Below are positions 60,804 to 64,000 of a stretch of DNA of 64,000 nt, piece after piece. Below the pieces are notes generated by a model. That model saw only the letters and a list, made by a program, of their open reading frames with translations. It had not been told where the DNA came from and did no database searches. Position 1 is the stretch's first letter. Each line of letters starts with the position of its first letter. The position numbers and the translations under genes were made by a program. This stretch comes from Spirochaetaceae bacterium (GTDB lineage Bacteria > Spirochaetota > Spirochaetia > DSM-2461): NCBI GenBank assembly GCA_051531975.1, contig JAOPTT010000013.1:1-64000 (forward strand), given 5' to 3'.

Positions 60804-61502
60804 ATGCTCATTTGTAAATATTGCAATAAAAACATTAGTAGTGGAAGCTATATAAAGGACTTTTGGGGTAACGTATACCATGCAGAACATAAAAAAGTTG
60901 TAGCTACTTGCAGTTATTGTGGCCGGTTGGATGGTGGTACAAAACTCTCTGATGGAAATGTTATTTGTAAAACATGTAAAAAAGACTCAATTGATAACCT
61001 GGGGCAGGTGGTTAAAGAGTATAAGTGGGTATCTGATATTTTGGCAAATAAAGGTTTTGATATAAAAAAATATAAAACAGAGATTTTTTTATTAGATCGA
61101 AAAAACAAGGGTAAAACTACTAGAGAAGAACCTGGATATATTAATTTCTCCATGAAAAAGGTAAATGGTGTAATACAGAATATTAGTTTCAAGATATTTA
61201 TAGTTAAGGGTTTACCAAGATCCTACTTTATAGAAACTTTAGCCCATGAGATGATACACCAATGGTTAATACTTTTTGCTCAAGATAAGTTACACCCAAA
61301 GTTAAACGAAGGGGCTAGTAATTATGGAGCATACCTTGTTTTAAATGTATTAAAAACTCCCTTATCTAGTTTTATCATTACTAGAATGCTTAAAGACCCA
61401 CACCCTTATTATGGGAAGGGTTTTAGAAAAGTTTTAGATTACTCTAAAAAGTATGGGCATAGTCAATTATTAACATATTTAAAGTCACACAATAAAATAT
61501 AA
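60804..61502 (+). CDS. DA1-like zinc metallopeptidase with LIM-like zinc fingers
   Basis: CKYC…YH..H…CSYC…CKTC; GLPR…LAHEMIH.W, NEG, D..YG.GFR. Confidence 0.8.
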   Translation: MLICKYCNKNISSGSYIKDFWGNVYHAEHKKVVATCSYCGRLDGGTKLSDGNVICKTCKKDSIDNLGQVVKEYKWVSDILANKGFDIKKYKTEIFLLDRKNKGKTTREEPGYINFSMKKVNGVIQNISFKIFIVKGLPRSYFIETLAHEMIHQWLILFAQDKLHPKLNEGASNYGAYLVLNVLKTPLSSFIITRMLKDPHPYYGKGFRKVLDYSKKYGHSQLLTYLKSHNKI

Positions 61503-61532
61503 TATACAAGTTTTTGAGCTTGTATATTATAT
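61497..61532. terminator. Bidirectional terminator-like inverted repeat
   Basis: ATATAATATACAAG-8 nt-CTTGTATATTATAT, a perfect 14-bp stem between convergent genes. Confidence 0.7.
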
Positions 61533-61552
61533 GTAACCAATAATATCTATCC

Positions 61553-62743
61553 CTAAAAACTATATTTGAAATTTATACTAAATATATGTTTAACAGGACT
61601 AATATCAGTTTCTGTAAAATCATCTTCATTAAAATCCATTAAACCAGAATAGGATAAGTTTAAATTCATATTTTCACTCACGTCAATATCAATACTTGGA
61701 GATAACATAAGGTTTGTTGAATCTATACTATAAATAGCCGCTAAACCTAAAGTTGAATTATAATCGTAGAGAGATTGGCTGATATTTAACAATAAGTATT
61801 GTTTGGTATAATATCCACTTGTATAAAGTGGTGTTGGGTCACTTTCTAATAATGTTTTATACTCAAGCCTAGCCTCTTTATTTAAACCTTCATCATTATA
61901 AAAGTACTCAACTGTTACAAATGTATCTGTTTCAAAAAGATACTCCATTCCAATTAAATAATTAATTTTATAATCTGAATAATCTAAATATATTCCCTCT
62001 CCGTATAATCCAATTCCAAACAGATCTTTCTTAACAGCAATACCAACAGAATTCTCTTTCAAATCGTTATCTTCATCCAAATTAATATATCCCGTTCCTA
62101 AAAATTCTATTCCTTCCAATATCAGGGAAAGATCAAGACCAAATCCTAAATCATCATAGTCTGCTCCCATCTCAAATAGTTGCTGATTAAGAGCTGTAAC
62201 TACACGTAGATTCAGTAAATTTTCATAACTCCAAGTTGCAGATATTGAATCAATGCCCAACAATTCAGAATCTGGATTTTCAGGATTTTTTTGAGGGTTA
62301 AGGTTATCCACAGGATTCCATCCATAACCAAAGCCCATAAAGTAAGACTTTCTTCCAACTGATAAAGTTAAATTATCCACGGGAGTATAATCTATAAAAA
62401 GCCTTAATATATTAAAAGTTGTAATGAATTCTCCTGTTTCAGAAACAAAAGAAACTAAACTAGGATCCATATTGTATAACAGAGATCCTATAGGGTAATT
62501 AGAGACCTTAAAAAGGGACTCAAAGTTACTATATTCATCGTAGGATTCAATTTTAAACTGAATAGATGGTAAAAGGCATAAATCATTTATATTCATTACC
62601 TGGTTATCTGGGTTTATTAGTGAATCATAATCGTCTATTGGGATTAACCCCATAGCTTTAATTTCCGATGTTCCACTGAAATTTGTCTCTGCATATAAAA
62701 TTGACACTAAATAAAACATAATTAGAAGTAATATTTTTTTCAT
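61553..62743 (-). CDS. Putative outer-membrane beta-barrel protein
   Basis: Signal peptide, GRK…G.G..WNP.D, alternating beta strands, C-terminal FKYSF. Confidence 0.75.
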   Translation of the reverse strand: MKKILLLIMFYLVSILYAETNFSGTSEIKAMGLIPIDDYDSLINPDNQVMNINDLCLLPSIQFKIESYDEYSNFESLFKVSNYPIGSLLYNMDPSLVSFVSETGEFITTFNILRLFIDYTPVDNLTLSVGRKSYFMGFGYGWNPVDNLNPQKNPENPDSELLGIDSISATWSYENLLNLRVVTALNQQLFEMGADYDDLGFGLDLSLILEGIEFLGTGYINLDEDNDLKENSVGIAVKKDLFGIGLYGEGIYLDYSDYKINYLIGMEYLFETDTFVTVEYFYNDEGLNKEARLEYKTLLESDPTPLYTSGYYTKQYLLLNISQSLYDYNSTLGLAAIYSIDSTNLMLSPSIDIDVSENMNLNLSYSGLMDFNEDDFTETDISPVKHIFSINFKYSF

Positions 62744-62751
62744 ATATTTTC

Positions 62752-63507
62752 CTATTTAACCCTTTTTAGATAGCTCTGTGTAAATAGAGAGTTTTTAACT
62801 TTGTCGCTATTAAACTCAACCTGAGTAGTTTTCATTGTAGTAATACTATTTTTTACATTGTTTTTCATGGTCATAATAAATGGGAAATCTACGCTATTTA
62901 TTACTCTATAATCGGATAAAAATAAGGTTTTTATATTTGCACCGTCTTTAAAGTATTCTATTTTTATATACTTAAAACTCTCTTTATCGATATAAGTTAA
63001 TAATTTATCATATCCAGAATTTTTCCTGTTTATTGGTGTAAGTTCAATTTGATAACAACTAACCCCATCTATTTTTTTATCGCCAACTAAGTTTAATGTG
63101 TAATTTGAAGCCATGCCTTCTCCACCGCTACCCATATCTTCATAAGAAAAATCAGAACCCCCTGATGAGTTTTTTTTAGCTGAAGAAGAGAGCTTTCTAA
63201 CCCTACCAGTCGATGCAAACTTTACCCACAGATCGTCTCCAACCATTAAATTGGCATTACCTTTCATTTTTTTAGGGCTTTGATAAATACTTAGTGAATA
63301 ATTTATACCATCTTCTATAGTGGAATAACCTAATACTATTTGTGTTGGTTGCTTTTTCCCATTTCTTTCAATGGTAATCTCTGTTTCACTGTAAAGTCTT
63401 TTAAGTTTAAAAGATGCATCTGCTTTAGAAATGATCTCGTTTACATCAATTGCATATGCTCTAACCATTGCTGTTAATATAATTAAAATGAATACTATTT
63501 TTTTCAT
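62752..63507 (-). CDS. Outer membrane lipoprotein-sorting protein (LolA-like)
   Basis: Signal peptide, SP…KG…L, LW…R.R.L, GSDFSYED, K.EYF…K, F….L. Confidence 0.87.
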   Translation of the reverse strand: MKKIVFILIILTAMVRAYAIDVNEIISKADASFKLKRLYSETEITIERNGKKQPTQIVLGYSTIEDGINYSLSIYQSPKKMKGNANLMVGDDLWVKFASTGRVRKLSSSAKKNSSGGSDFSYEDMGSGGEGMASNYTLNLVGDKKIDGVSCYQIELTPINRKNSGYDKLLTYIDKESFKYIKIEYFKDGANIKTLFLSDYRVINSVDFPFIMTMKNNVKNSITTMKTTQVEFNSDKVKNSLFTQSYLKRVK

Positions 63508-64000
63508 TTTTTACTCCTTTTCTCATTAATAAATATAAGTAGTGATGGGAAAAATAGTATTGAATAGATAAATGCAAAAATAATTGCACATGCAAATACT
63601 ATTCCAGATTTAGACAAACCAACCATAGGTGATGGTATAAAAGATGCAAAACCAATAACTGTTGTTATTGAAGTTAAAAGTACAGCGGATCCAGCATGTT
63701 TAATAACCTTATCCATACTCCCAACACCTTCAAGCAGATATCTATGGCTTATGTGTATAGCATCATCAATTCCAATTCCTATAAGTAGTGGTATTGCTAT
63801 AAAGTTAATAAAATCAAAATCAATTTTAAAGATTGCCATCACTGCAAATAGACTAATAAAAGATAGTATAAGTGGTGAAATTGTCATTAAAGCCAGTTTA
63901 AAGCTTTTAAAATCTATTAGTAGAAGTATAAAAACAATAATTAGCGCAAGGGTTGATGTTTTTACACCATCTATTTTGGTCATATTTGTTAATTCATCAG
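63504..64000 (-). CDS. MMPL/RND family transporter, 3' part; starts beyond the right edge
   Basis: PLLIGIGIDD.IH, G.AVLLTSITT..GF; frame stays open to the window edge. Confidence 0.9.
   Translation of the reverse strand, partial: DELTNMTKIDGVKTSTLALIIVFILLLIDFKSFKLALMTISPLILSFISLFAVMAIFKIDFDFINFIAIPLLIGIGIDDAIHISHRYLLEGVGSMDKVIKHAGSAVLLTSITTVIGFASFIPSPMVGLSKSGIVFACAIIFAFIYSILFFPSLLIFINEKRSKK

Noticed and set aside
2566..61192. Numerous 60-130 aa ORFs nested in or antisense to longer genes
   Set aside because: They lie largely or wholly within well-supported genes and lack motifs; treated as shadows.

Overview
A very AT-rich (roughly 30% GC by eye) bacterial accessory region with about 60 protein-coding genes. 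I found no rRNA, tRNA, transposase, integrase or CRISPR array. Signal-peptide style (…VFAGGNNE, …FFSSC) and outer-membrane proteins suggest a free-living spirochaete; this is inference. From left to right the window holds: (1) a sugar locus (ABC sugar-binding protein divergent from Dabb-ROK kinase-DeoR) with a decayed copy of the binding-protein 5' end; (2) long co-oriented runs of small-molecule-modifying genes (8 GNATs, NUDIX, P-loop kinases, nucleotidyltransferases, histidine phosphatases, S66 peptidase, MBL, DHFR-like); (3) two binding-protein plus histidine-kinase pairs and two class III cyclases; (4) a DeoR/HAD/SemiSWEET module; (5) an exported caspase-PEGA-beta-barrel protein coupled to an apparently circularly permuted LamG lipoprotein; (6) a MerR-type promoter driving an epimerase/DUF4386/glycosyltransferase operon; (7) a MacAB-like exporter and NtrC-type two-component system with twin sigma54 promoters and TGT-N11-ACA boxes; (8) a DA1-like peptidase and a partial MMPL/LolA-like/beta-barrel operon. 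All product calls come from motif recognition by eye, not from database searches.
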